From: Eledone cirrhosa
Taxonomy: Eukaryota
Direction of reading: 5' to 3'
Length of the DNA: 64,000 nucleotides
NCBI GenBank assembly: GCA_964016885.1
Contig: OZ024759.1
Coordinates: forward strand, 32,116,001-32,180,000
In this document: positions 43,730 through 58,413 of the stretch, in pieces
Layout of the letters: every line of letters begins with the position of its first letter
How positions within the stretch are numbered: position 1 is the stretch's first letter
Position numbers and translations under genes: made by a program
The notes under the pieces: generated by a model
Seen by the model: the letters and a program-made list of their open reading frames with translations, nothing else
Databases searched by the model: none
What the model was told of the DNA's origin: nothing

Positions 43730-43735
<6 letters not shown>
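43633..43735. mobile_element. Tc1/mariner-type MITE
   Basis: TIRs TATAGGGT..CCAAAAATGTATACA / TGTATACATTTTTTTGG..ACCCTATA with TA flanks. Confidence 0.75.
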
Positions 43736-43793
<58 letters not shown>

Positions 43794-43834
43794 AAAAGTA
43801 AATAACAACAAGGAGTACAGTTACGAAAGGTGTT

Positions 43835-43897
<63 letters not shown>

Positions 43898-44087
43898 ACA
43901 CGAAGGAGTTGTAGTAAGGAACCAGGTGGACCATAACGCATCAGAGTACTCAACACTTAGGGTAGTAGAGTGGGTAATAGGAAAATGTATGACCCCGACG
44001 ACAGAGCTCAAGCCGTTTCGACGGCTATTTCTATCCAGAAATAGCCGTCTAAATGGGCTGAGCTCTGCCGTCGGGGTCATACATTTT

Positions 44088-44092
<5 letters not shown>
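43898..44092 (-). mobile_element. Family A (TA)n insert with inverted arm
   Basis: Homology to 2352. Confidence 0.9.
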
Positions 44093-44140
<48 letters not shown>

Positions 44141-44513
44141 ATACACACACACATATATATAATTGTGTGTGTGTATATAGTGTATGACCATACAATAAAT
44201 GTTACACCATACCATCGTCTATTTACATAATTCAAGAATCAATATATTGTCTTTGACAGAAAATAGCCCTCTCAACTGATCATGTGTAAACTCCGTTCCG
44301 CCATATTGTACATGTGATTGACAGGAAGTAACAATACTGAGAGTTGACAGTTTGTGGTATTAAAACATATACCGTGTGATGGAACGGTTCTGTGAGGACT
44401 CATTGCCCGCCCTGTACACACACACACACACACAGGCACACACACACACACACACACACACAGGCACACACACACACACACACACGCACACACGCGCGCG
44501 CGCACACACACAC

Positions 44514-44602
<89 letters not shown>

Positions 44603-44891
44603 CACACACACTCTCAAACACACACTTTGAAACACGCATACACAGTCACACACACTCTCAAACACACACACATCCAAACATACAGTCTCACACACAATCA
44701 CACACACACACACGCACACACACACACACACACACACATATACATTCTTATATATATATATACATTAAGTCCTTATTCAATTCCACCAGCAGCAACAGCA
44801 GCAACAGCAACAGCAGCAACGGGAGACCGTAAGTTGGTGTTGTCCTGGGTGTGTGATGGTTAAACATGGTATAGTATTGCGTGTGTGTGTA

Positions 44892-45210
44892 TGTGTGATT
44901 GTTAAGCTAAATATGAGACACTGGTGTGTGATTGTTAAGCTAAACATGAGAAACTGGTGTGTGATTGTTAAGCTAAACATGAGACACTGGTGTGTGATTG
45001 TTAAGCTAAACATGAGACACTGGTGTGTGATTGTTAAGCTAAACATGAGACACTGGTGTGTGATTGCTAAGCTAAATATGAGACACTGGTGTGTGATTGT
45101 TAAGCTAAAAATGAGACACTGGTGTGTGATTGCTAAGCTAAAAATGAGACACTGGTGTGTGATTGCTAAGCTAAATATGAGACACTGGTGTGTGATTGCT
45201 AAGCTAAACA
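44892..45210. repeat. Minisatellite, 33-bp unit
   Basis: Unit GTGTGATTGTTAAGCTAAACATGAGACACTGGT. Confidence 0.95.
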
Positions 45211-45565
45211 AACTGGCGAGAAAGCAAGAAAGAATGAAATGGCGACGATTTGAGAGAAGAACTTAACCGTTCTTCTCTTCTGCTGGCGTCTATGGCTGCA
45301 GGTCTTGTTGGGGTTTGTTTAAGTTCTCCCTCTAAGTTCTCACTCTCTCACACATACATACATAGAGATAGACACACGCACAGACACACACACAATAGCA
45401 TACACACGTATACATAAAACTTTATATATATATATATATACACACACAGAGATGTATATATGTATATATATATGTATATATATACACATATACACAGATG
45501 CATATGTAAGGGTATATAAATGTTTACCTGTAAACATACCATGTTTCTATAGAAATACGAAATTT

Positions 45566-45635
<70 letters not shown>

Positions 45636-46060
45636 CACGGGGTGCACATTACAAAGACAATGGAAAAAAGCAACGAAAACACGGACACACGGACAGTCCA
45701 TCTCCTCAGTTAAACTTTGGAAATCACTATGATTTCGGTTCTTTTAAGGTTGGGACTGTTAAGAATACAGACAGAGACAAAGACAGGATAATTTGTCTTT
45801 CAGCGAATTACACAAACGAAGATGCAGAAGTACCTCAACTGTCTCAACTGACAAAGAGAAGAGAGAACGATGTGCAAGGGCTTGGTCAATATAGGGTCAA
45901 TATAGAGAGAAATAAAGAGACAGAAGAGAATAATATGGACTGCAGTCCAACGTACTGATGAAGGAGAATGACAGTGAAGTGTAGAAAAAGTAAGGAGGGA
46001 TGGAGGAGAATAGGGGAAGACATATGCATGCAAATATATTGCAAAAAAAGAAAAAAGATC

Positions 46061-46130
46061 GGAGCCCGTGGCTTCATGGTTAGAGGTGCTCAGCTCACGA
46101 TCGTCAACTCGCGAGTTCGATTCCCATACT
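46061..46130 (+). mobile_element. Isolated tRNA-like SINE head
   Basis: A box GTGGCTTCATGGT and B box GAGTTCGATTCCC; no cloverleaf acceptor stem. Confidence 0.55.
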
Positions 46131-46450
46131 GAAGGGAGTACGTATGTCCGAGAATAAAGATATGGTTGGTAGATAGTACTGGAAATAGTGCAATAAAATA
46201 TAGTCCATATACACACACATGTATATGTGTGTGTATATGTATATATATATATATATTCAGGTTTGAGGTTCACCACTGGATAGAACTGGTCAATTCCGTA
46301 GGGTCAATCTCGATGTAATAATATAGAGAGTACTCAACGTAAAGCAGTTCAACCGTCTTTGTTTTTGTAGTTGGTGGTGCTAGTACGGAGCTAAACATTA
46401 TAATGAAATGACAGGAGGCTGGATTTGTGTAAATCCTTGAAAGGTTTATT

Positions 46451-46508
46451 ATACTATGATCATTTCAATGACCGGGTTCTGTATGAATCCGGTGATATCA
46501 TCAGGTAT
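46451..46508 (-). ncRNA. Type I hammerhead ribozyme
   Basis: Reverse complement: ATAC CTGATGA tAT-c-ACCGGATTC..GAACCCGGT-c-ATt GAAA TGATCA TA GTAT; 3' box at 46329-46337. Confidence 0.8.
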
Positions 46509-46616
46509 TCGAAATATAATAAGTGAATGTAATAGATAAAATCCATGGGGCTGAAAATCAAAGACCGGAGGGCGACCGCCATCCAGCATCTTCTACCTTT
46601 GCCGGTCGCCCTCGAT

Positions 46617-46668
<52 letters not shown>

Positions 46669-46943
46669 GTATAGAAAGTATTGTAGCAAAAAGCCAACAA
46701 TATTCCATAATATATAAGTGACTATAGCGTCAAAATTGGAAAAATAGTTAACGTAAGATGTGGGAAATATAATTCAAACTCAATTCAAAAAGAATCAGGA
46801 TATAGATTCATCCAACAGAATTTAGGGAAATCTAGGTAAAAATCAATAGAGCCTTAACTCATGATAAAATAAATTTTAAAATACTCATCCTTCAATTTGG
46901 GACAACTACAAATGCTCTGTATAGTCTTGTGTGTGTGAGTGTG

Positions 46944-47085
<142 letters not shown>

Positions 47086-47320
47086 ACACATATATATATA
47101 TATCATAAATATATATATTTATATGTAATATATATTGAATATATATATATATATATATTCTATATTCATTATATATGAATATAAATATTTATGATATATA
47201 TATATATATATATATATTATAAATATATATATTCATATATAATAAATATAGAATATATATATATATACATATATTATAAATATATATATATTCATATATA
47301 ATAAATATAGAATATATATA

Positions 47321-47384
<64 letters not shown>

Positions 47385-47931
47385 ATAAATATATATATAT
47401 ATATTATAAATATATAGAAATATAAATTCAGCGAGAATCTCATTTCGGCGGGTAGAAAAAGCAAAACGAAACGCAAAATCAGAGTTATGCTGGCGAGCGC
47501 TCTATAGTTGAAAACCCAGAGCTAAAAATATATGTTAAAACGCCATACAAAACTGAAAATATATTATAAATATATATATATATATATCCATATATAATAC
47601 ATATATATCTATAAATAATACAGACAAGTTTTCAATGTAACACGACACGGCAGTTAGCTGCTACATAAGACAAGCACTTTATAAGACTGCACTTTAAAAT
47701 TACATCAGTAAAAACAACAAAAAAATAAACGTGTGAAGTCAAATATGTAAGGAGGCGTTCAGTAGAATTTAATATTTTACCTAACACATCGTTGGTAATA
47801 GCGTTCTGATCAGAAACTTCTATAAAAGTCTTGGCTTTTGTATACCAGAAATCGTTTCTGTTATATTCATATATGTGTGTGTGTACGTGTGTGTTCGTTT
47901 ATGTGTGTGTGTGTGTGTGTGTGTGTTCGTG

Positions 47932-47984
<53 letters not shown>

Positions 47985-48019
47985 AGAATGAGAGAGACGG
48001 GGAGAGATAGAAATATATG

Positions 48020-48103
<84 letters not shown>

Positions 48104-48179
48104 TATTTATATATATATATATGTGTATATATGTATGTATATTTATACATATTATACATATATATGTGTGTGTATACAC

Positions 48180-48248
<69 letters not shown>

Positions 48249-48351
48249 GTGTTGCAATTCCCGTTATTATGCATTTTGTTCTTACAGTAAATGAAAAACA
48301 AATAAAAAAGGACACATACACACACCCACACACACACACCCACACCGACAT

Positions 48352-48420
<69 letters not shown>

Positions 48421-48665
48421 TACACACACACACGCACACACGCACACACACACATCCACACACACACACACACCCATGTACCCCCCACCCCCCACAAAAA
48501 AAATATAGCAATATCAACGAGACAGAAGGAGAAAGTCTTTTTTTTTATCATTCCGACATTTATTGTAGCAAAACATGGAAACAATTCTTGGAGAGAGAAT
48601 ATTCCATGAGAATGGAATAGGCGAAATATACTTTAAATATATTGACACTAATGTTCTTTCTCTAA

Positions 48666-48729
<64 letters not shown>

Positions 48730-48867
48730 TTCTTCTTCTTCTTCTTCTTCTTCTTCTTCTTCTTCTTCTTCTTCTTGTGGTTGTGTCCTTTTTTGTTTTG
48801 TTTTGAGAGGTCAACTCTGGTGCATTAGACGAAATACTAAAATTTCTATTCTTCAAAGAGTTCCAAC

Positions 48868-48948
<81 letters not shown>

Positions 48949-49230
48949 TATATATATATATAATATGTATTATACGTATGTATATGACATTTACGTAACT
49001 ATTCATCATGTACACCATTCATCCACATACATAAAATATGCACATACATATTTATATATATATATATATATACACATACATACGTATGTATATACATATA
49101 CATATACACACACACACATATATATATATATAACATACACACACACATACTTATACATATATAACATATATATAACACACACACACCACACATACATATA
49201 TAACATATATATAACACACACACACACACA

Positions 49231-49305
<75 letters not shown>

Positions 49306-49380
49306 CTTTATTTGAAAGCCTTCTAAAAAAGTCTTAAGACGTATGTTGTTATATTTTCTTTCTTCCGTTGTTTCAAACTG

Positions 49381-49434
49381 ACTTCCGCTGTGTCTGAAAG
49401 TGACTGCTAGTAAAATGGCCGCACTCTCGCGAGA
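49381..49434. promoter_or_regulatory. Candidate promoter/enhancer motif cluster
   Basis: ETS-like ACTTCCG (49381), YY1-like AAAATGGCCGC (49412) and TCTCGCGAGA palindrome (49425) within 55 bp. Confidence 0.45.
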
Positions 49435-49670
49435 GAGTTAAAAAATTTAGGAAAACAAGCAAAAATGAGAAGAAGACGTTATAAAAAATTCTGTAAGGAT
49501 GAAAAAAAAAAAATCGATAACGATCGATTGATTGTTTTCACCCTGTAGTTGTTACAGCTGTTATTGAACTAATAAATAACGAATATATTACATGTTACAG
49601 CACATACACACTCACATATACACACATACACGCACTTAAATGTACAAACAAAAATACCTATATAGATATA

Positions 49671-49748
<78 letters not shown>

Positions 49749-49800
49749 AATATATATACAGTATATGTAAAAATGTATATATATATACAGTATATATATA

Positions 49801-49833
<33 letters not shown>

Positions 49834-49848
49834 AATATATACAGTATA

Positions 49849-49879
<31 letters not shown>

Positions 49880-49996
49880 GTGTGTAAATATATACAGTAT
49901 ATATAGTAATAATAATAAATTTGAAGACTAAAATCCAAAGAGGGCTCGATAAGGATAAATATATATCAAATATATAAGAACCGTAGAGCAAATATT

Positions 49997-50044
<48 letters not shown>

Positions 50045-50105
50045 GTGTAAATATATACAGTATATATATATACATATACATATATATGTGTAAATATATA
50101 CAGTA

Positions 50106-50158
<53 letters not shown>

Positions 50159-50275
50159 ATAAGAATATTTATATATGTTTGATATAAGTATAAATATGTA
50201 GGGTAGTACTAAGTATTAGCCGGTTACCGGTATGACAAAAGGCTCAATGCATATATATATATGTAAATATATACA

Positions 50276-50341
<66 letters not shown>

Positions 50342-50724
50342 TACAAATGTGTTTAAAATACAATAGTATTTAAAACATCAAAAATTACTGAATAAGCAGT
50401 CCATACTTGTGGGTAGAATGTCAAAATATATTTTTCTAAGTGGGAAAATGGTAGTGGTTTTGAAGATGCTGCGATCAACTATTAACTTTGAAGTTACTGC
50501 CACTTTTCTTCTTAACTTCGGTTAAATAACATCTACAAACTCATTTGATCTCGGAAAGGTATCAAACTGTATCATTTGGACAGTTACCTCTGATTGGAAC
50601 CATTGGAAAGTGTGCTTGAAGACTCTGCTTCAACGACCCAACTCAGGAACATCACTGTTTGTCCGTTCCCTTATCACTTCAATTTTTGATTACCTCCTTG
50701 ATTGTAACTCTATTATGTACGATG

Positions 50725-50801
50725 CTGTCTGAAGAGGTCATAGCAGTAGCTTCTACGCTGAATTGCGTAGCCAATATCGTCCTCTAAATATATATAACGG
50801 C
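50725..50801 (+). ncRNA. Decayed hammerhead
   Basis: GCTGT CTGAAGA GG..CTACGC/GCGTAG..CCTC TAAA TATATA TA ACGGC; GAAA is mutated to TAAA. Confidence 0.55.
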
Positions 50802-50842
50802 CTTATCACTAAAGACTTTATCATCTAAACTTTGTATTTTCT

Positions 50843-50895
<53 letters not shown>

Positions 50896-51017
50896 ATACA
50901 CACACGCACACACACACACACACATATACATACATATTCGCTGGATACTATCCAGCGAATTTTCAACCGTGAAGGCTGTTTTCCACGGTTATGTCACTAT
51001 TTATAAAACAAATTTTG

Positions 51018-51082
51018 TATTTTATCTGATGAAAGCGCACCAAGATTACCTTGGTTGCCCTTGAAAAATATATAATAAAATA
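51018..51082 (+). ncRNA. Type I hammerhead ribozyme in a family C insert (~50995-51215)
   Basis: TATTTTAT CTGATGA AAG-C-GCACCAAG..CTTGGTTGC-C-CTT GAAA AATATA TA ATAAAATA; one stem III mismatch. Confidence 0.75.
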
Positions 51083-51880
51083 ATTATGATTTGATAAATA
51101 TAGTTTCCATTTATTAATATATTGAATATTTACTCCAGTAATATGTTGAGGGCTCTATATCAGTTATAAACTTTTAAGTTTGTTGGAATCCCAACAAATT
51201 AAATATAACTTCTGCATATATGTATATATATATATACATATATGCTCGTGTGCAGGTATGGATATTATTGCTCATGTGGATTAGTATGTTTTAAATTATA
51301 TATATGTGTACGCATATACATACGTATATCTGTGTTGTCGGATTGCAGTCATTTCCGACGTTGAATGCTCTTGTTGATTCAATGAATGTTTTGAAAATAA
51401 ATATACTTCATTTAGAGTAAATATACTTCAGTTATACTTCATGAGAGTATCTTGGTCAGCCTACGAACTTTTCAGGTGACCCTCGTAACTTGGTATGACA
51501 GTAGCATAAGATCTTGTAACTTGGTATGACAGTAGCATAATATCTTTTAAACAATTACCTTTGTTCTAGAACCCCATGAATTGGTTTAACTGTAGCTAAC
51601 TGGATATCACTGGATACAACCGGATTCTACTGGACTAATCGATATTACGTGATAGAGTGCGTCATTGGTATCTATGGCAGCCACTTCTAATTGAAGAAAT
51701 CACATAAAAATGACGTTTTCTTTTTGGAGTGAAGTGGAATAGAGGAAGGAGATGTATTTCTTTCTTTAACTCAGTTTTTTTTTGAAATAGTTACAACCCA
51801 GAAATTGAGAAGTATCGCTTTTGATACGAAACTGCCTAAAGCAGTCCCTGATTTAATCATACTGAGCTGTTTATATTGAA

Positions 51881-52633
51881 GTGTTTATATTTATCTAAAA
51901 AAATGTTATCATCATTTTATATTAGAACCTTTATGCTCCAAACATTAGCTTAATAACGAGAAAGTTAAATAAATTACCAAAAACCCTTTCATATTTTTTA
52001 TGAGTTTGAAAATTATTTGAAAATAATGTAGTGTCTTTCATTTAAAATTTGGCAGCAAATGGGTTAAAGAGTTTATATTTATCTAAAAACCTTCCATTAT
52101 AATTTTATGAAAGAACTTTTGTTATGTTATGTTCCAAACACCAGCTTAATAATGGGCAAGTTAGTTATATTACTAAATTCCTTCAATTTTTTTAATTATT
52201 ATTTCAAAATTATTTGAAAATAGTAGGCAGTGTCTTTCATTAGAAATATGGTAATAAAAGAATTGATATGTTTATATTTATCCCAAAACCTTCCATTATA
52301 ATTTTATGTAAGAACCCTTGTTAAGTTATGTTCCAAACACCAGTTTAATAATGGGAAAGTTATATTACTAAATCCCTTCAATTTTTTAATTATTTCAAAA
52401 TTATTTGAAATTAGTAGGCATTGTCTTTCATTAGAAATTGGTAATAAAAGAGTTGATATGTTTATATTTATCTAAAAACCTTCCATTATAAGGTTATGTA
52501 AGAACTTTTGTTATGTTATGTTCCAAACACCAGCTTAATAATGGGAAAGAAAGTTATATTACTAAATCCCTTCAATTTTTTTAATATCTCAAAATTATTT
52601 GAAAACTGTAGAACTGTAGCGACAAAGGGTTAA
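51881..52633. repeat. Four diverged ~190-bp tandem units, possibly piggyBac-like ends
   Basis: Repeated TTCCAAACACCAGCTTAATAATGGG; first and last units end GGGTTAA. Confidence 0.7.
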
Positions 52634-52826
52634 TCGGTCACCGTTCTCTTCATCCATTTTCTACCAAAAAAGATTCCACATTCACTTTCAAAATAATAAT
52701 AATATTTCTATAAGACAGACTACAATAGTTGATTACTATGTATTTTGTTGTATGGAGTGTTTCATAACAATACATAACGTTAGGAAATACCTTTTTGTTA
52801 TTTGAATTATCACACACACACACACG

Positions 52827-52899
<73 letters not shown>

Positions 52900-52903
<4 letters not shown>

Positions 52904-53120
52904 ATAATAATAAATTTGAAGACTAAAATCCAAAGCGGGCTCGATAAGGATAAATATATATCAAATATATAAGAACCATAGAGCAAATATTTATTAAAAT
53001 AATAGATTAAAGTTTAAGCAAAGAATCGCTGCTTTGACCCTTAACGGGATCTTCTGAAACTCCCGTTAAGGGTGAAAGCAGCGATTCTTTGCTTAAACTT
53101 TAATCTGTTATTTTAATAAA
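52900..53120 (-). mobile_element. Family B (TA)n insert with inverted arm
   Basis: Palindrome centred on the hairpin ACCCTTAACGGGA/TCCCGTTAAGGGT, followed by GAAA. Confidence 0.85.
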
Positions 53121-53124
53121 TAAA

Positions 53125-53198
<74 letters not shown>

Positions 53199-53354
53199 CA
53201 TACCATAGATGTGTATGTGTGTCAGTGTATATATATATATAAATATACATTCACACACATACACACCTAGACACACACACATATATATATATATATAGAG
53301 TATATGTGTTTATCTTGTATGAATTTGTGATTCCGAATGTGGTTGCGTTCGGGC

Positions 53355-53393
<39 letters not shown>

Positions 53394-53404
53394 CGTCTGT
53401 GTGC

Positions 53405-53441
<37 letters not shown>

Positions 53442-53531
53442 TGTGCGTCTGTGTGTGTGTATTTGTTAAAACTTGTACTGCTTCATAAGGTTAATTTTCA
53501 TTATCTTAATATCGGATTTTCTGTTTGTGTA

Positions 53532-53593
<62 letters not shown>

Positions 53594-53625
53594 CATACAG
53601 ATAGATAAATATGCATACACTGAGA

Positions 53626-53675
<50 letters not shown>

Positions 53676-53797
53676 ATATCTGTCTGTCTTCTCAGTGTAT
53701 GCACATTTATCTATCTGTACAAACTCACACATGTAGAATGCGTAGAAACTTATATTACAAAGATACACACACACACACACACACACACACATGCACA

Positions 53798-53845
<48 letters not shown>

Positions 53846-54463
53846 AATATATATACGTATATATTTATATATATATATGTGTGTGCGTGTGTGTGTGTAT
53901 ATATATATATATTCACCTCAGAACAAACATCTACAAACACACACACACACACATACACATACACACATGCACACAGACACATACACATACACACACACAC
54001 ACAAACACACACATGGACATAGACGCAGACACAGTGCAATGACATTATCAGCAAGAACGATATTGGCAGTAATGGTGGCTGTGGTGGAGGTGGCGGCGGT
54101 TTCTGTTGGTCCAACTCTTGGACTTCGGTCAGTGTTGGTGGTGGTGGTGGTGGTGGTGGGGTAGTGTGTTAAGAGAAGCGGTGTTATGGCTAGTTCTGAG
54201 GCGGCGTTGTTTGCTTCTTGCTTCTCTATGTTTACAATAGAGCATTGAAACAACATCACTTTAAATACAAGATGGCAGCTGCTTCTCACTCTTCCCACCC
54301 TCACACAGACAGACACACAGAGAAAGAATGAGATAGATAGATAGATAGTTAGAAAGAGGTGGACGAGCTAATCGATAGCTTAGGTCAATTCCACCGCATT
54401 GCAGACTTAAATTAGTATAAGTTGTAGTGGCTTTATCAATAGACACCAAGTGATTGATGTGGC

Positions 54464-55072
54464 GTGAGCTGAGTTGATCTGAGGTGAATTGAGGTGAGGT
54501 GATCTGAGGTCATATGAGATGAGCTGAGATGAGATGAGCTGAGATGAGATGGACTGAGCTGGGATGAGATGATGTAAGGTCTATTGAGTTGTGAGCTGAG
54601 GTCAGATGAGCGGGGCTGAATTGAACTGAACTGAGATGAGCTGAGCTGGGATGAGATGATGTGAGCTCTGTTGAGTTGAGGTGAGGTGATCTGAGGTCAT
54701 AAGAGGTGAGCTGAGATGAGAAGGACTGAGCTGGGATGAGATGGGCTAAGCTGGGATGAGATGATGTGAGCTATGTTGAGTTAAAGTGAGCTGAGATGAG
54801 AAGGACTGAGCTGGGATGAGAGGGACTGAGCTGGGATGAAATAATGTGAGTTCTGTTGAGTTGAGGTGAGCTGAGGTCACATGAGCGAGGTTGAACTGAA
54901 CTGAGATGGGATGAGATGAACTGAGCTAAAATGAGTTGAACTCTGTTGAGCTGAGGTTAGCTGATTTGAGGCCACTTCAGTTCCATTGAGTTAAACTGAG
55001 ATGGGATAAGATGAGCTGAGCTGAAATGCGTTGAACTCTGTTGAGCTGACGTTAGTTGAGCTGAGCTGAGGT
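54464..55072. repeat. Degenerate (TGAGN)n pentamer array
   Basis: TGAGC/TGAGA/TGAGG/TGGGA units. Confidence 0.9.
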
Positions 55073-55234
55073 TACGGAAATAAAATGTAAATATTATTGG
55101 ACAAAAAACCTCCGGGCAACCATGTGATAATTTACACGTAGAGTAAACACATTGACTAATGTATTAATTGTTAAGATATCACACACACACACACAGTGTG
55201 TATATGTACATGCACGCACACATATACATACAAA

Positions 55235-55364
<130 letters not shown>

Positions 55365-55619
55365 CCCATATATGCATACGTACATGCACATACACACATA
55401 TACACACTTGCATGTGCACACACACACACATATATGGTGGGTGCAGGGAAAGATGAGTAAAAGAGGTTTGGGATTAGACACACCTGTTGGTTACGGAATA
55501 CCGCCAGGTAGATCAAAAGATCAAAGTGGAATAGGTGAAAAACATGTTATCTAAAGAGGGTTGGGGGTGGGGGTGAGGGTGAGAAATGAACATAGGAAAA
55601 ACGTGTTTATTTAATACTT

Positions 55620-56922
55620 CAAAACAACAACAACAACAACAACAGGTTATTGTAAGAGGAGATGAATGTTTAAGACATGAGATGGTAATCTTGGAGAAAA
55701 TTGTCTTTTGTTTGGGAACGACGGCGACAGCAACCGCAACAATAATAACAACAACAATATCAATTCAACAGCAGCAACATCATCATCATCATCATCATCA
55801 TCATCAACAACAATAATTTCACAACAACAACAGCAACACAACAACAACAACAAGAATTTCACAACAACAGCAATTTTGCAAGTGCAATTTTACAAGAATT
55901 TAACAACAACAACAACAATTTAACAACAACAATTCAACAACAACAGCATCATCATCATCAACAACAAGAATTTCACAAGAATTTAACAACAACAACAACA
56001 ACAACAACAATTTAACAACAACAATTCAACAACAGCATCATCATCATCAACAACAACAATTTCACAACAACAACAGCAACAAGAATTTGACAACAACAAT
56101 TTCACAACAACAGCACTTTAACAACAACAATAACAACTATAATTTAACAGATATTTATAAAAATAACAACAGCAGCACTTTTACAACAATAACAACTACA
56201 AGAACATCACAAATAGCCGACGTAATAAAAAAAACATAACACCCCACCCACACACAAACAACAACAACAACAACAACAACAACAAGAGCAACAACAACAA
56301 CAACAACAAGAGCAACAACAACAACAAGAGCAACAACAACAACAAGAGCAACAACAACAACAACAACAACAAGAGCAACAACAACAACAACAACAACAAG
56401 AGCAACAACAACATAAAACAATAAGCAGATCCATATAACTGACATAACATCAAACATACAATTACATATACACCAACTACAATTATAACAACTACTACAA
56501 CAACAACTACTACAACAACTACTACTACTACTACAACTACTACTACTACTACTACTACAACAACTACTACTACAACTACTACAACAACTATTACAACAAC
56601 TACTACAACAACTATAACAACTACTACTACTACAACTACTACAACAACTACACAACTACAACAACTACAACAGCAACTACAAAACTACATCATCCACAAC
56701 AACAACTACAAAATTACAACAGCAACTACAACTACTACAACAACTACAACAGCAACTACAACAGCAACTACAACAACAACTACACCATCCACAACAACAA
56801 CTACAACAACAACAACTACAAAACTACACCATCCACAGCAACTACAACAGCAACTACAACAGCAACTACAACAACAACAACAGCAACTACAACAACAACA
56901 ACAGCAACTACAACAACAACAA
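55620..56922. repeat. (CAA)n/(CTA)n compound microsatellite region
   Basis: Direct sequence. Confidence 0.9.
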
Positions 56923-56992
56923 TGTTGCAGGCGTGACATCAGATATATATAATTACATCTTCTACAACAACAACATCTACCTGAAATAACTT

Positions 56993-57071
<79 letters not shown>

Positions 57072-57116
57072 AGACACACACACACACACACATACACACA
57101 CACACACACACACAGA

Positions 57117-57177
<61 letters not shown>

Positions 57178-57297
57178 CTTTTCCCCATCCGAGTGCTAAA
57201 GCTACAGACCGATTCTGCATTCGTTAGCTTGGCCGTGTTCTAAAGCTTCGTTAATGCTGTATTAAAATTTATATATATATATATATATGTATATGTA

Positions 57298-57371
<74 letters not shown>

Positions 57372-57513
57372 TGTATATGTATATATATGTATATGTATAT
57401 GTATATGTATATATATATATATATGTATATGTATATGTATATATATATGTATATATATATAGATATATAGGTATATGTATATATATATATAGGTATATGT
57501 ATATATATGTATG

Positions 57514-57566
<53 letters not shown>

Positions 57567-57595
57567 GAATATATATATACATATATATATATATG

Positions 57596-57657
<62 letters not shown>

Positions 57658-57660
<3 letters not shown>

Positions 57661-58269
57661 GTCAGGTCACTAGTTGGTGCTACTGGTAACATGTATCCCA
57701 GTACAACCTGTCTCATGGTCGGGTCGTTGGCGACTAAACTGGCAACCCCACCAAGGTTTCTTGGTGAGGAGGGTGACTTTGGACATCCTGCAGGACTAAA
57801 AACAAAACCTGTCAAAGGGCAAAGGAGCTCTTAAGAGTCAATGGCCATCCAAAATTACCGGGAGAGATGACCCCTTAGCCTTTGTCAAGGTAGAATTCTA
57901 GGAGAAGGAAAACTCTGATATAACACCTGCAACCCTGATGATATCCAATGATGTTGACTTGTTCTTCTTTTTGGTAAATAACATCTTGGTTAAGAGAGTG
58001 GGACTGGCTTTGTGCACTGCCTTTGCTCACTATAAAAGCTTCACGGCACAGGCATTGCTTTATATCTGGAGATCTCTCTGCACTTGTCATCACATGGTAC
58101 GATGGGCCCAGCACTATGTGTCAGTAATTGTCACAAGTGTAGTGTTTGTACCAGAGTTTTCAAGTCGCTGGCTGGACTAAAAAGTCACACTCGTTCAGCG
58201 CATCGGTAGGAGCTCTCCTACATGGATATAAAGTAGTGGCCGTACTCGAAAACGAGTTGGCAGCCACCA
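57658..58269 (+). mobile_element. ~610-bp RTE-like non-autonomous retroelement
   Basis: Near-identical to 34623-35237; inside (TA)n. Confidence 0.7.
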
Positions 58270-58279
58270 TATATGTATG

Positions 58280-58413
<134 letters not shown>

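Noticed and set aside
45633-45958. Non-repetitive ~108-codon open frame
   Set aside because: No recognisable domain or convincing start or splice context
46061-46130. tRNA gene
   Set aside because: A and B boxes only; no acceptor stem or terminator, so it is called a SINE head
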